Positions 28,878 to 45,204 are shown, numbered from the stretch's first letter. The stretch is 64,000 bases of DNA from Eledone cirrhosa (GCA_964016885.1 OZ024743.1:255812001-255876000), one strand, 5' to 3'. Notes: generated from the sequence alone by a model not told the origin. Program-made: numbers and translations.

Positions 28878-31665
28878 TCATCATCATCATCATCATCATT
28901 ATCATCGTTTAACGTCTATCGTCCACGCTAACATGGGTTTAGACGGAATTGTCCCACTTGAGGCAAGATTGGTTGTCTTGCTGGTGTAGAACTGTCTGGC
29001 AGGTTTGCTATGGCTGGATGCCCTTCATAACACCAACCACATTTACAGTGTGGACTGGGAGGTTTTTACCGTGTTACCTACATGGCCACATTACTGTGTG
29101 TTTTTTTGCCGTGACACCTACACGACCTCATTTATTTAAGACTGGATGTTGTGGTACCAACATAACTTTACAGTGAAAGGGGTGGTGTAGATGGGGGTAG
29201 GGGTAGTGGGATGGGGGTGTATTTTGGTAAACAGGTGCCTACTGCCTGTAGGTTTCGCTATGTACTTAGGCAAGGCGGGTCTTCTGTATTACTGCGTAGT
29301 GCCAAAGATCTCGGTCCAGTGACATTGTCTTGGAGAGGTGTAAGTGTGTAAGGTCGGAATTTATCAAATTATCCCAGGTTTTTCTGGGCCTGCCTACTCC
29401 GTAGCAACCCTCTATTTTGATCGCCCTGCACTTTTTTATACAGCTGTCGTCTTTCATGCGCATCACATGACAATACCAACGTAGTCTTCTCTCGAGTAAA
29501 CAGCATCTGATCCCTCTTATTCCTAATTTCTCACTTAGTTCATTTATGCTTTGCCTTTCTCGTATGTTACTATTACACATCCAGCGGAACATGCAAGCTT
29601 CGTTCCTCTCCAGTCTGCATATATCCTCTGCACACAATGCCCATGTCTCACTGCCATGTAACATTGCTGTTCGTATGCAGGCATCATACAGTCTGCCTTT
29701 CATTTTTAAAGAGAAACCTTTCGCGGCCAATAGTGGTATAAGCTTTCTGAACTTTTTCCATCCCATTCTGACTCTAGCTACTGTACTTTCAGAGCACCTT
29801 CCACTACGGCTGATTTCGTCACCCAGGTAACGGAAGGTGTCCACTATTTCTATAGAACCATCTGGGCAATGGAAGGACCTAGTATCCTGTGGGCACTTGC
29901 TACTACTTATTGCACCTGAGCACCGGCCACATATAAAATCTATGTTCTTAGTTAGCTTACCTGTGATCCCACTACATCTTTTATGTACCCATACTTTGCA
30001 TTTGGGACATAAAATTGAGTTTCTGCCTACTCCTTTTATACACACTGAGCATGGCCATTTCCCAGAGGGGACCAGTGCCCTATTTTCCTTCCTACATACT
30101 AGCACTTTAGTCTGAGACAAGTTAATTTTAAGGCCTTTTGATTCTAGGCCATGCTTCCATGTTTGGAATTTCTTCTCTAGTTCAGCCATCCATTCAGCTA
30201 TGAGCGTTAGGTCTTCTGCGTATAGGAGTTCCCATGGGCAGCTGGTCTTGAACTCCTCTGTTATAGCTTGAAGGGCAATAATAAATAGGAGGGGGCTAAG
30301 GACAGAGCCCTGATGAACACCAACTTTTACGCTAAACTCTTCACTATAGTCGTTATTAATTCTAACCTTGCTGACTTTTTCTTTATACATAGCTTGTATA
30401 GCTCTCACAAGCAATTCATCGACATCTAGTTTTCCGAGAGCCCACCAGATAATGGAGCAGGGGACTCTGTGAAAGGCTTTTTCTAAGTTAACAAAACCTA
30501 AGTATAGGTGTTTACTTTTAGCTAGGTACTTCTCCTGTAGGTTGTCGTACAAGGAAAAGAGCATCTGTGTGTGGTACTGTTACCTGACACAAACCCAAAG
30601 TGCATTTCATCTAGATCAATTTGCTCTCTGATTAGTTGCGTTATAACTTTTTCTGTGACCTTCATGACCTGGTCAATTAATTTAATGCCTCTATAGTTTC
30701 CCCTATCTAGGGCATCTCCTTTACCCTTGTAGCAGTTAATGATGATGATGCTACGCCAGTCCTTTGGTATGACCCCATTCTGTATGACTTGGCTTACTAT
30801 CTGGGTGACCATAATGTGTCACACTGTTCCAGATGCTTTCAGCATTTCAGCAACTATTTCCAAAGGCCCAGCCGCCTTGCCTTTCTTCATATCTTTGATT
30901 GCCTTATTTATTATACTACCTTCAACTTGCACTGCTGGTCCCTCTATGCACTGCTGGTCGCTCTATTGGATGTGGGGCAGACAGTCTTTGTCCCATTTAT
31001 TCTTCTCATTTAGTAGCCTCTCGTAGTGACACTTTCAGGCTACCTTCTTATCAGCGTAAGTGATGGCAAGTACACCTTCATCATTACGGACACACTTCTC
31101 CCCGACAATATAACAGTTTTCCTTGAGATATTGCCTACCAATCCTGAACACCTCACGTATTTGGTCCTCTCATTGTAGAACATGCTTGAACTTTCTTTCC
31201 TCTGCTTCCCTTCTTGCGAAGTACACTTGTGTCCTAGCTTCCCTCCTGGCCACTTGATAGTCTTCTCTACTTCCCCCCTCCCGCCATACTTTCCAAGCCT
31301 GCTTTTTGGCCTTGATTGACTCCTCCACCTTACTGTTCCACCACCAAGTTACTCTCCTCCTGCCTATAGGTCTGCTCCAGCCACAGATTTCATCTGTCGC
31401 CTTCAGCAGGTTAGCTTTCAGGAATTCCCACTGTTCCACTATATTGTACAACTCTAATTGCTCTTCCTTACTGTCAAAAGCATCAAGTAATATGCTTTTA
31501 AATTTATAACTGGCTGTGGGGTCCTTTAACTTCCATATTCTTCTCCTTAGTGTAGTCCTCCTCTGCTGTCGAGCACGTCGCGTCCTGACTATGCGGTCGC
31601 TAACTATGAGGCTATGCTGGGAGGTGCATTCTTCATGGGGGAGGGATTTAGTGTTTACAACAGAC
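28878..31665 (-). mobile_element. RTE LINE subfamily 1, about 2.8 kb 5'-truncated copy
   Basis: ORFs 31170-31715, 30522-30812 and 29266-30564 (RT + PHD-like finger), 3'UTR and (CAT)n tail. Confidence 0.95.
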
Positions 31666-32095
31666 ACTCTGTCACGACTTATGCTGTGTAAAATGATTGG
31701 TGATAGGAAGGACATTCATCCAGCTATAGAATTTGTGCCAAACCATGACCTTACATTAAGTGCTGACTTGGACTGTGACTAATACATGTCAATGTGAAAA
31801 ATGGATGTATATATGAATGTATGAATGTATGTGTGTGTGTGTATCTATCTATCTATATATATATATATATGTGTGTGTATACATTTATTGAGTAGACAAG
31901 CATATTTATATATATATTTACACAACTATTTGCCCACTCTCCATATGTGCATATATATATCCATACAGATGCTTTTATATATATAGTTAAAAAGAACTTC
32001 ATAGCGAAGTAACACAATAAAAGCCTCAGACTTAATGCAAGTATACTTTGTGGTGATCGTGATGTAGTAATTGTAATAGTATTATTATTATTATA

Positions 32096-32285
32096 GGCGG
32101 TGGATTGGCAGTATTGGTAGAGTGTCGGATGCCATGCTTTGGCGCATAGAGTTACGGCCCTTGCCATTCTGAGTTCAAATCCCGCCGAGGTTAACTTTGC
32201 CTTTCATCCTTACGAGGTCGATAAAATAAAGTACCAGTAATACACTGGGTAATTGCTGGCCTTGTGCCTAAAGTAGAAACAATTA
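32096..32285 (+). mobile_element. tRNA-derived SINE
   Basis: A-box TGGCAGTATTGG, B-box GAGTTCAAATCC, central GCCTTTCATCCTTACGAGGTCGATAAAATAAAGTACCAG (resembles Meta/MESC-type domain from memory), (ATT)n tail. Confidence 0.85.
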
Positions 32286-32852
32286 TTATTATTAGTAGTA
32301 GTAGTAGTAGTAGTAATGGTAGTAGTAATAGTAGAGGTGGTAGTAACGATGATAGTGGTTGTAATAGCAATAGTAGGAGTTGTGGAGGTTGTTTTAGTAT
32401 TAGTAGTAGTTGTAGTAAGTCAAAAGACATCTATTACCACCACTCCTAAAATGTGCAACAATGATGTAAGTGGTGAAATCACAGAGAAAGGGAGAGAAAG
32501 AAGGGAAACGGAGGAAGAGGAATGGCCATTATAAATTAACACTTGCTAACAGAAAAGATTATAAAACAAGTAGTCAATAATTTGATCAAATCAGAGAAAA
32601 CTAAGAACAGCCGATGATTGATGATGTCAAATGTGTCTGTTTCCGTCAGTCAAACATCGTCAAAGTCCCACAACCACAAAACATCAACATCGCCTCCACT
32701 ACAAACACCGTCATTTTTTCTCTATCAATAAAGTACTGAAGCAATGCAGAAAACATCAATTTTCTTTCTCACAAAATACATAACAATACATTTAAAATAC
32801 AAAATACATAACAATACAGTGGGTGGGGGCTGGGGACATATATATATATATA

Positions 32853-33049
32853 TATTTTATAGAAGGAGCTTCTACAGGACTAGTACTGTTTCATTCAGAT
32901 GAAATCTTCAGGAGCTTCCTGAAGATTTCATCTGAATGAAACAGTACTAGTCCTGTAGAAGCTCCTTCTATAAAATAAAAAAATGTTACTCTGCCATGTA
33001 TTGAGTACCTCACTTACTGTGGTTATCCCCGACTCAACCCGGGACAAAC

Positions 33050-33050
<1 letters not shown>
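32853..33050. mobile_element. (TA)n-flanked perfect palindrome (about 60-bp arms) consisting of a hammerhead, with right-hand tail
   Basis: Arms about 32853-32913 and 32917-32976, spacer GCT. Tail 32977-33050. Confidence 0.85.
32911..32965 (+). ncRNA. Type-I hammerhead ribozyme
   Basis: GGAGCTTC-CTGAAGA-TTTCATCTGAAT-GAAA-CAG-tactagtc-CTG-TA-GAAGCTCC: 8-bp stem I, intact core, 4-bp stem III, GUA cleavage triplet. Confidence 0.85.
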
Positions 33051-33085
<35 letters not shown>

Positions 33086-33493
33086 ATAGATAGATATTCA
33101 TTATCATCATCATCACATCCATTTTTCCTTGCTTGCATGGGTTGGACAAGTCCTTGTCCTTTTCAGCAGAACATTTCTCCACTTGTTGCAATCCTTTGTC
33201 ATCTCTTGTATAAGTCTCAGACATTTGAGATTAGCTCTGACCACTTTCACCAGTGTCTTCCTTAGCCTACCTCATATATATACATTTATACATATGAAAT
33301 ATAAATGTATGTAGGTGCAGTAGATAGTCTTTGATTTATGGTTATACCATAAAAAATGGCTTTTTGGTATAAATATATATATATACACACACACATATGG
33401 AGATATGTAAAGTCCGACAATGGCGCCAAGCGGTTTAAACTTGTGTGTTCGCACGTACATATATATATATTTACACATATACATGCCCATATG

Positions 33494-33530
<37 letters not shown>

Positions 33531-33938
33531 TCATATGCATATAAACACATACACACAGACAAATGTAAAACATGCTTCATTTTCATTTTTCTTGTCTTCC
33601 TTCTAGGTGTTTAGTTTTCGTTGATTTCCTTGTTTTCTGGGGTGATGGGGGGAGTTTCTTTTTGATATTTTGGTTTCTACTTTTTGGTTTTTCAGCATGA
33701 AAAACTGACAAATACTTCTGAAAAATCTTCTTACAAATAAGATCAAACCAATTAGAAGGTTTTCATTCGAGAAATGGTTTCTCTTTTCCTCTTTCAGTCT
33801 CTGGTGATATTTTTACATGATTATTATTACACCAAGTCGACTTTAGCTTCTCATCTGGTTCAGTGGAGCATCACATGACAAGCAATTATCAAGCACAAGC
33901 CTTATAAAAATCCCAGAATATTTGTGTGCCTGCTTATA

Positions 33939-34440
<502 letters not shown>

Positions 34441-34448
34441 ATATATAT

Positions 34449-34530
<82 letters not shown>

Positions 34531-34668
34531 GAGTTAAACAAGATTCAATGAGTAGATCAAAGAATGAGTTTTACAGTAGATTGAAAGCACTCTACAGAAA
34601 AAGATTTTCCAGAGTTATTAATATTAAATTCAAATATTAATAAAATAGATGTTCTTGTGATCAAGTAA

Positions 34669-34734
34669 ATTTTATTATACATATTTCAGAGGTACTTGAA
34701 TCAAGTTCAATAGTACGTCTTCATCAGATAAAAT
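34669..34734 (-). ncRNA. Type-I hammerhead in a solo (non-palindromic) insertion next to (TA)n
   Basis: Minus strand ATTTTAT-CTGATGA-AGAcGTACTaTTGAActtgaTTCAAGTACcTCT-GAAA-TATGTA-TA-ATAAAAT. Confidence 0.75.
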
Positions 34735-35016
34735 AAAATGATACATGACATACCCTGACATGTTAAATGGTTAAGATTTAATCAAGGTAGTGATTAACTT
34801 GTGAGAAAACTCAATATTATACCCTGTAATACGCTCACCAAATATAACAATCATACAACACATAATACTCTCCCCACAACACACACACACACACGCACAC
34901 ATATATATATATATATATATATGTGTGTATATATATATATATGTATATATATAAATATGTGTGTATACATATATATGTATGCATATATATATATATAGAT
35001 ATAGATAGGTAAATAT

Positions 35017-35437
35017 ACACGGGTGTGTATGATTGTGTATAGAAGATTATATTAATAAGAGGAATTCCAACTTTGTCTGATTTACTCGTTTTATTTACAA
35101 TCCTTTAAAATATATATAATATGGTATTATAATGAAATAGTATGATAGAATATTAAATTCTAAGTGTTAATTGAACAAGTACTTTCATGCTTTCGCAATC
35201 TTCAGGTTCATGATATGTGGTGACAGTCGAGTTTGCAATTTTCAACTGTGAAAATTGCAAACTCGACTGTCACCACATATCATGAACCTGAAGATTGCGA
35301 AAGCATGAAAGTACTTGTTCAATTAACACTTAGAATTTAATATTCTATCATACTATTTCATTATAATACCATATTATATATATTTTAAAGGATTGTAAAT
35401 AAAACGAGTAAATCAGACAAAGTTGGAATTCCTCTTA

Positions 35438-35444
<7 letters not shown>
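35017..35444. mobile_element. Apparently perfect palindrome (196-bp arms, 4-nt spacer) with a hammerhead in each arm and short left-hand tail
   Basis: Arms 35049-35244 and 35249-35444, spacer ACTG. Tail about 35017-35048. (TA)n on the right. Confidence 0.9.
35283..35321 (+). ncRNA. Minimal type-I hammerhead (mirror copy on minus strand at about 35172-35210)
   Basis: TGAAC-CTGAAGA-TTGC-gaaa-GCAT-GAAA-GTAC-TT-GTTCA. Stem III is the palindrome AGTACT. Confidence 0.8.
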
Positions 35445-35504
<60 letters not shown>

Positions 35505-35509
<5 letters not shown>

Positions 35510-35680
35510 GAAGATATAGTTCTCTTGAAGCTTGTGTAATGAGGTATAAACGTTTGTATATGTATAATAAAGCCAAAACAATGCAGGTATGGACATAGAA
35601 TAAATAATGCAAATTTTGCATTTGCATTCTTTATTCTATGTCCATACCTGCATTGTTTTGGCTTTATTATACATATACAT
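35505..35680. mobile_element. (TA)n-flanked palindrome (about 60-bp arms) with left-hand tail
   Basis: Arms about 35555-35614 and 35620-35679. Tail 35505-35554. No hammerhead core visible. Confidence 0.7.
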
Positions 35681-35692
35681 ATACATATATAT

Positions 35693-38223
<2,531 letters not shown>

Positions 38224-38225
<2 letters not shown>

Positions 38226-39162
38226 TGGGATGACAGAGTTCTTTGAGATACTGGCTGGAGTGCTCCAGGGAGATACATTGGCTCCCTACCTTTTTATCAT
38301 CGTAGTGGACTATTGTATGCGCCTTGCACTGGAGGACACTGGCTTTACTGTAGCACCGGCTCAGAGCAGGAGAGTTGGGGCGAAAAAGGTATCGGATGCT
38401 GAATTTGCCGACGACATAGTTTTGGTGACAAATACAGTGAAGGAGGCAGAGGATTTGATGCGGGAGGTTGAGACTGTGTCAATGAGTGTGGGGCTGAGAA
38501 TGAATGAGACTAAAACAAAATATCTGGTAGAGAATGTTGAGAAGCCAGAGGGGATCACTAATGTAGGCGGGAAGCCGCTGGAATTGGTTGAGGACTTCCT
38601 GTATTTGGGAGCAAAGATTGGGAATACGGAAGATGATGTGGTTGAGAGGAAGAGCAAGGCCTGGGCGGCGTGTCACAGCTTGAGATCGGTGTGGAAGTCG
38701 GACCTTCGTAGAGACCTGAAAATCCGCCTCTTCACTGCTGTAGTGGAGTCTGTGCTGCTGTATGGGTCTGAGACTTGGACACTGACCAAGAGACTCACTC
38801 AGATGGTGGATGGGTGCTACACGAGAATGCTGAGGATGGCTCTGAACATTAATCAGTATACACTGAGGATGAAAAACTCAGAGCTGTATGGGAGCATCCC
38901 AAAAGTCAGCTCCAAAGTGACACAGAGGAGACTGAGGTTGGCTGGACATGCTCACCGACATCCAGAGTTGACATTGCACTCAGTGCTCCTTTGGGAGCCC
39001 CTACATGGACACACTAGAAGAGGAAGACCAAAGTTAACATATGTTGATGCCCTAAGGACAGACACTGGTCTGTTGGAGATGCAGGATATGGCAGCGATAA
39101 TGAGGGACAGAGACCGCTGGAGAGAACTCGTCCATGGATCTCGGGAATTTTATCCGCCTTAG
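38224..39162 (+). mobile_element. 5'-truncated RTE/RTE-X-like LINE (distinct family, uninterrupted RT C-terminal half, no PHD insert)
   Basis: ORF 38230-39162: GVLQGDTLAPYLF, FADDIVL, DFLYLG, LLYGSETWTL, RRLRLAGH, RGRP. Embedded in (TA)n. Confidence 0.92.
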
Positions 39163-39304
39163 ATATATATATATATATATATATATTCATTAGTTAAGCA
39201 AAGCAAGACCACACATTTCACAAGGAAGACATTATTAAAAGATTGTCAACATATTTTAGTTTGATGTAAGGAATGTAGAGAATAATAATAACAATATTAA
39301 TAAT

Positions 39305-39492
39305 AATTGTTTCTACTTTAAGCACAAGGCCAGCAATTACCCAGTACATTACTGGTACTTTATTTTATCGACCCCGTAAGGATGAAAGGCAAAGTCAACC
39401 TCGGCGGGATTTGAACTCAGATTGTAAAGGGACGTAACTATGCTGGAAAGCATGGTGTCCGACCCTCCACCGATACTGCCAATCCACCGCCC
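39305..39492 (-). mobile_element. tRNA-derived SINE
   Basis: Reverse complement of the 32096-32285 family. Confidence 0.85.
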
Positions 39493-40049
39493 ATTATTAA
39501 TAATAATAATGTCCGTTTACAATTGTTTCGCTACTCCATATAATATTTCTGGATCAGATGACTATATATCATTATTGATCTGGTTCAGTTGAAAATAATT
39601 AACATAATTAGCATCTTCTTACCCATAGGCAGATCTCACACAAGGCAGCCTCGACAGATGAATACTGTTTGATTATGGCTGACAACTGATACATCCAGGA
39701 CACCATAGTGAAACACCAATATATGGAACACTACATTATGTAACATTCTCTCCTTATTTTAATTTATATTCCTTTGAAGTTCCGATGAGCCGGTCTGTTT
39801 TTAAATATGTTAATTATTTTCAACTAAACCAGATCAATAATATTATTGTAATAATAACTAACATAATTTAAGTTTTCATTTGTCTTATGAAAAGGGTATT
39901 AAAAGCCAGAATTTAAGTTAAACGTAACATCAAGAAAATTAACTATTTTGGTACCACTTTCTACTTCTAACTTAAGGTCATACATTTTAAAGAATTCTAT
40001 TATACTTTTCTTTACTCTATTTGGTTCAATATTGTTGTCCATATATGTG

Positions 40050-40080
<31 letters not shown>

Positions 40081-40859
40081 ATGTGTGTGTGTGTATGTTG
40101 TGAGGCGAGTATTATGTGATGTATGATTATTATATTTGGTGAGCGTATTACAGGGGATTCGTTGTCCAATTATCAGAGCTGTTCATTTGAAAATGTTGCT
40201 TGTTAAAAGGCTTTGTTTTTGCCTGCTTATATTTAAGTTATATAACACCTCCCACATTGACCTCTGTTAACAGTCAGTAATTCCAGCATGTTTGTTATTT
40301 TCTTACAACAAAGGTTTCACTGACACACTGCTTTCTCTTCTGTTCTAGTTTATGATACAATAAAGATCATATCTTGTTTTATAATTGGAATTGGGACTTC
40401 CGTCTTTATCCTTCTTAATAAACGCATTTTATTTCATGAATATACTAAACAAAGGAAATGACGGCGGTCCATTGTGCAAATGTTTCATGGTCCTTGCAGA
40501 CAAAATGATGAATGTGTTAGCCCATAGGAAGGCAAGGGAGCTGTGAGATGTGATAAAAGAACTCGTCTACCTAGACGAAGCTCATTCTTGCAGATGGCTT
40601 TCTCAGCCTTGAATGAAACAGGCAGGGAGGTTACCAGAAGTTTCCTCTGGTGTATGATGGGAAATTGGTTGATTGTAAGTTTGTAATTGAAATAAAATAA
40701 TATGAGCACATTTCAAAAACATATAAATATTAGAATTTATAGATAGATTTAACTCTACTTAACCATAATGAATATTATATTGAATCAGCTTTCCATACAA
40801 TGTATCTGTAGTAAATCCATTTGTATTTAAGATGTATATATATAAATGTATGTAAAAGA

Positions 40860-40975
40860 TAAACAGCAATAACGCCACAAACGTTACAGTATATGGAACG
40901 AATATATTAGTTTAATGCTTGAAATAACAGGAAGAGGATATTAACATTTTGGCGTTAGTCCTTTATCAGAAGAAA
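40860..40975 (-). repeat. Short repeat with decayed minimal hammerhead (same family as 50835-50960)
   Basis: Shared GAATATATTAG-TTAATGCTTGAAAT--CAGGAAGAGG. Minus strand CTT-CTGATAA-AGGACTAACGCC-AAAATGTT-AA. Confidence 0.5.
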
Positions 40976-41159
40976 GAATGAAAAATTAGAAAGAATGAGG
41001 GGATGGGCAGGGCGGAATCGGAATATATATATTCACAAAGAATGTTAAATCATCATAACAAAGTTTAAATTCTTTAGAGTACTTCCAGTTCTAATAGGGA
41101 GTAAATTTGCAGAATTATTAGAGTATCAAATTAAATACTCCAGTGTTTCATCTGACTAT

Positions 41160-41222
41160 TTGTGCTCTGAGTTCAACTTTCCGTTCCCCGCAAATTGTTA
41201 GCTTTGTGCCTAAAACAGAATC

Positions 41223-41262
<40 letters not shown>

Positions 41263-42830
41263 GATATCAAGGCAATATCGGTAGAGAGTCGGACAACATG
41301 CTTTGAGGCATAGAGTTATCGCCCTTTACGTTCTGAGTTCAAGTCCCGCTGAGGTTAAATTTGCCTTTCATCCTTACAGGGTTGATAAAATAAAGCACCA
41401 GAAACGAACTGGGGTCGATTTAATCGACTTTCTGCTCCCCCAAAATTACTAGCCTTGTGTCTCCTAGAAATCATTTTGGATTGGCAGTATCGGTAGAGGG
41501 TTAGACGCCATGCTTTGATGCATAGAGTTACGGACCTTGCCATTCTGAGTTCAAATCCCGCCGAGGTTAACTTTGCCTTTCATTCTTACGGGGTCGATAA
41601 CATAAAGTACCAGTAATGCACTGGGTAATTGCTGGTCTTGTGCCAAAAAGTAGAAACAATTATCATTATTGATATCCTCAATTGTTGTCACATAGTTTTG
41701 CTCTGTAACTTTTATTGTTAAAATTTTTGTTATAAGTTGTTAATAGGGCCCAAATATTTGAAATTTATTTTCATTTTCATGCCTACAATTGTTTTAAAAA
41801 AATGGAATGAAACGCCCCTCCTCTTCCAGGCAGCTATCACATGACATTGATTCCTGTCTAAATGTCAACCATAATGTCATCACCTCATCCACCAACACCA
41901 ATACAGATACCACCACTAACATTGCTGCCAGCACAAACAACAACAACTATAACAACAATAGCAGTAACACAGTGCCATACTTAATGTTTTCTTAATGTGA
42001 GCCCAGCATGACTATTAAAGAAATCATTATAATTACTATTACTATTATTGTTAAAAGGATGGTGGAGTAGCAGTATTGGTAGACTGTTGGACAATATGCT
42101 TTGCAGCATCTTTATGTTCTGAGTTCAAGTCCTGCCGAGGTTAGCTTTTCCTTTCATCCTCATGGGGTCGATAAAATAAAGCACCAGTAATGCATTAGGG
42201 TCAATTTAATCAACTTCCCCTCACGGCAAATAGTTGGTCTTGTGCCTAAACCAGAAACCATTATTAGAGCGGTGAATTGGCAGTATTGGAAGAGTGTTGG
42301 ACAGAATACTTTGCAGCAGAGAGTCATGGTCCCTTATAGTCTGAGTTCAAGTCCTACTGAGGTTAACTTTGCCTTTCCTCCTTACGGGGTCGACAAAATA
42401 AAGTACCAGTCATGCACTGGGATCAATTCAATTGACTTTACCCTCCTGCAAAATTGTTGGCCTTGTGTCTAAATTAGAAACCATTATTATTATTAGGGTG
42501 GTGCATTGGCAGTATCAGTAGAGCATCAGACAACATGTTTTGCAGTATAGAGTATATGGCCCTTTACATTCAGTGTTCAAACCTGCTGAGATTAGCTTTG
42601 TCTTTCATCTTTACAGTGTTGATAAAATAAAGTACCAGTCATGCACTGGGGTTGATTTAATCAACTTTCCCTTCCCCAAAAATTGCTGGCCTTGTGCCTA
42701 CATAAGAAATCATTATTATTATTTGTAATAGTTGTTGACTTTGCCTTTCCTCCTTACGGGGTCGATAGAATAAAGTACCAGTAATGCACTGGGTAATTGC
42801 TGGCCTTGTGCCTAAAGTAGAAACAATTAT
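41160..42830 (+). mobile_element. Cluster of about 7 same-orientation SINE copies
   Basis: Copies at about 41160-41225, 41270-41470, 41478-41662, 42060-42265, 42268-42485, 42495-42715 and 42735-42828, separated by (ATT)n. Confidence 0.85.
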
Positions 42831-43540
42831 TATTAGTAATAGTAGCCCTCAACATATAAATCAGGTTTTAACTATCAGAAATAGTTTTAGAGGTCAAAAT
42901 AGGCTTAATGGTAACAGAAGGTATGGGAAGATATTTGAAATATATTGCAATAAAATCTGTAGAAATCATAGTTTCATATCTTTTTCTAATTTTTGTGGAG
43001 GGAGTTATGTGCGATGTGTTGTGAATATGTGCTGTACATGTGTATGTGGGCTGCATATGTTTATGTGTATGTGTGTGTGATGTTTATATGGGTTATGTAT
43101 ATGGGTGTGTGCTCTGTGTATGTGTACCTAGACGCATGTGTATATGTATATGTTTGTGCATGTATATGTATGCATGTCATATGTGTCTGTACATATACAT
43201 ATATGTAATATGTGTGTATACATATGTATGTGTGTTTCATGTGACATGGTTCCAAAGATCAAAGTTTATTTAGCATAATAAAACTGTTATACTTCAACAT
43301 TCTAACTGACTAGACAAATGTCTTCCTTCACACTATTATATAGAAATATTTCAAACCATTTACAATTGAAATGAAATTCTTCACTTTTCAGGGATGTTTC
43401 TATTCAGAAAATCATTTGACAAAGATTTCATTTCTACCTTCTATTTCAACCTTGGGCTGACTAATGTCTTGTTAGTAGACGGAACTTGTGTAGAAAGCCA
43501 AATATTGTCATGTCTTTAATAACCTCTATATAAATATAAA

Positions 43541-43705
43541 TAATTGTTTCTACTTTAGGCACAAGGCCAGCAATTACCCAGTGCATTACTGGTACTTTAT
43601 TTTATCGACCCCGTAAGGATGAAAGGCAAAGTCAACCTCGGCGGGAATTGAACTCAGATCGTAAAGGGACGTAACTATGCTGGAAAGCATAGCGTCCGAC
43701 CCTTT
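43541..43705 (-). mobile_element. tRNA-derived SINE
   Basis: Same family, reverse orientation. Confidence 0.8.
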
Positions 43706-44064
43706 ATATAAATATAAATAATAATACACATACACACACACACACATATATATAGGTTGACATAATACCTTGTTAGTAGAATTTGGTAGATGGAAATTGA
43801 AGAACCCCATCATACACACTCATATATACATAACCATCACCATCTTATATTTTTCATGCTTGCATGTGTTGGATGTGTCTTTCCCAGTGCAGTTTCCCTT
43901 ATTGCATCCCTGCATCATCTCCTCTCTAAGGCTCAGCAAATTGAGATAATTTCTAACTACATCTGCATTTCTTGTTTCATTTGGGACTTATTCTGATGTC
44001 ACTAATAACTAACTTACATTGGAGTGTGCATTCTTCTTTGTGAAAGATCTTAACATTCATATTA

Positions 44065-44350
44065 ACGTTAATAACCAGGTAGTACTACATGGTGTCATAC
44101 CAAATGACTGGCACAGCAGCATCATTGTCAACTGCTACAAGAGTAAAGGAGATGCACTAGATAGAGGAAATTATTGAGGCATCAAGCTGATGGACCAGGT
44201 CATGAGAGTAAGAGAAAGAGTTATAGCACAGTTGATTAGGGATTGGGTTAACCTAGAAGAGATACATTTCAGATTTGTGCCAGGTAAAAACACCACAGAT
44301 GCCCTCTTCCTTGTGAAACAGCCACAGGAAAACTACCTTGCTAAAAGTGG
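44065..44350 (+). mobile_element. RTE LINE internal fragment
   Basis: CYKSKGDALDRGNY...MDQVMRV...FRFVPGKNTTDALF. Confidence 0.8.
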
Positions 44351-44801
44351 ACAATATCGGTGGCATGGAAAGGGGAGACTGGTATGCATGGTTGACTGCT
44401 GGTCTTCCACAAACAACCTTGTCTGGGTGTTTGCTTGAAGAGGAACTTTCTAGGTGCAAATCCCATGGTCATTTGTAAGTATTACCCTTATATATATATT
44501 GGATATAAACTAAAATACAGTTATCTTATAAGGGAGTAAAAGTGTCAGATGTCCTCCCTGTTGCCATGTCTAATGTCTAAACAACACTGCAGAAGCACAG
44601 AATCATTGAATTGCAATACAACAGCATTACACAATTATAGAATTACAGAACAACAGGATCATAGAATATGTATTTGATACAAGAATATCATTACTAACAT
44701 TGCATGTGGCATCAAATCTTATTTCTGAATTCAATTTATATTCAAGCACAATGTAATTGTTAACTAATAAACCATTTTGTATTCTACTTCTCTCTCTCTC
44801 T

Positions 44802-44987
<186 letters not shown>

Positions 44988-45204
44988 CTATCTCTCTCAC
45001 TCTGTATATATATATATGTATATATGTGTGTGTGTGTGTCATGCACATATGTATGGGTATATACATATGTGGGTATATAGCTGCAGTCAAATATTTGAAA
45101 CCTGTAAAAGAACAATGAAATATATGTATATATAATATGTATATATATACATAAATATGTATGAGTGTATATATATATATATGTGGGTGTTGTGTGTGTG
45201 TGTG

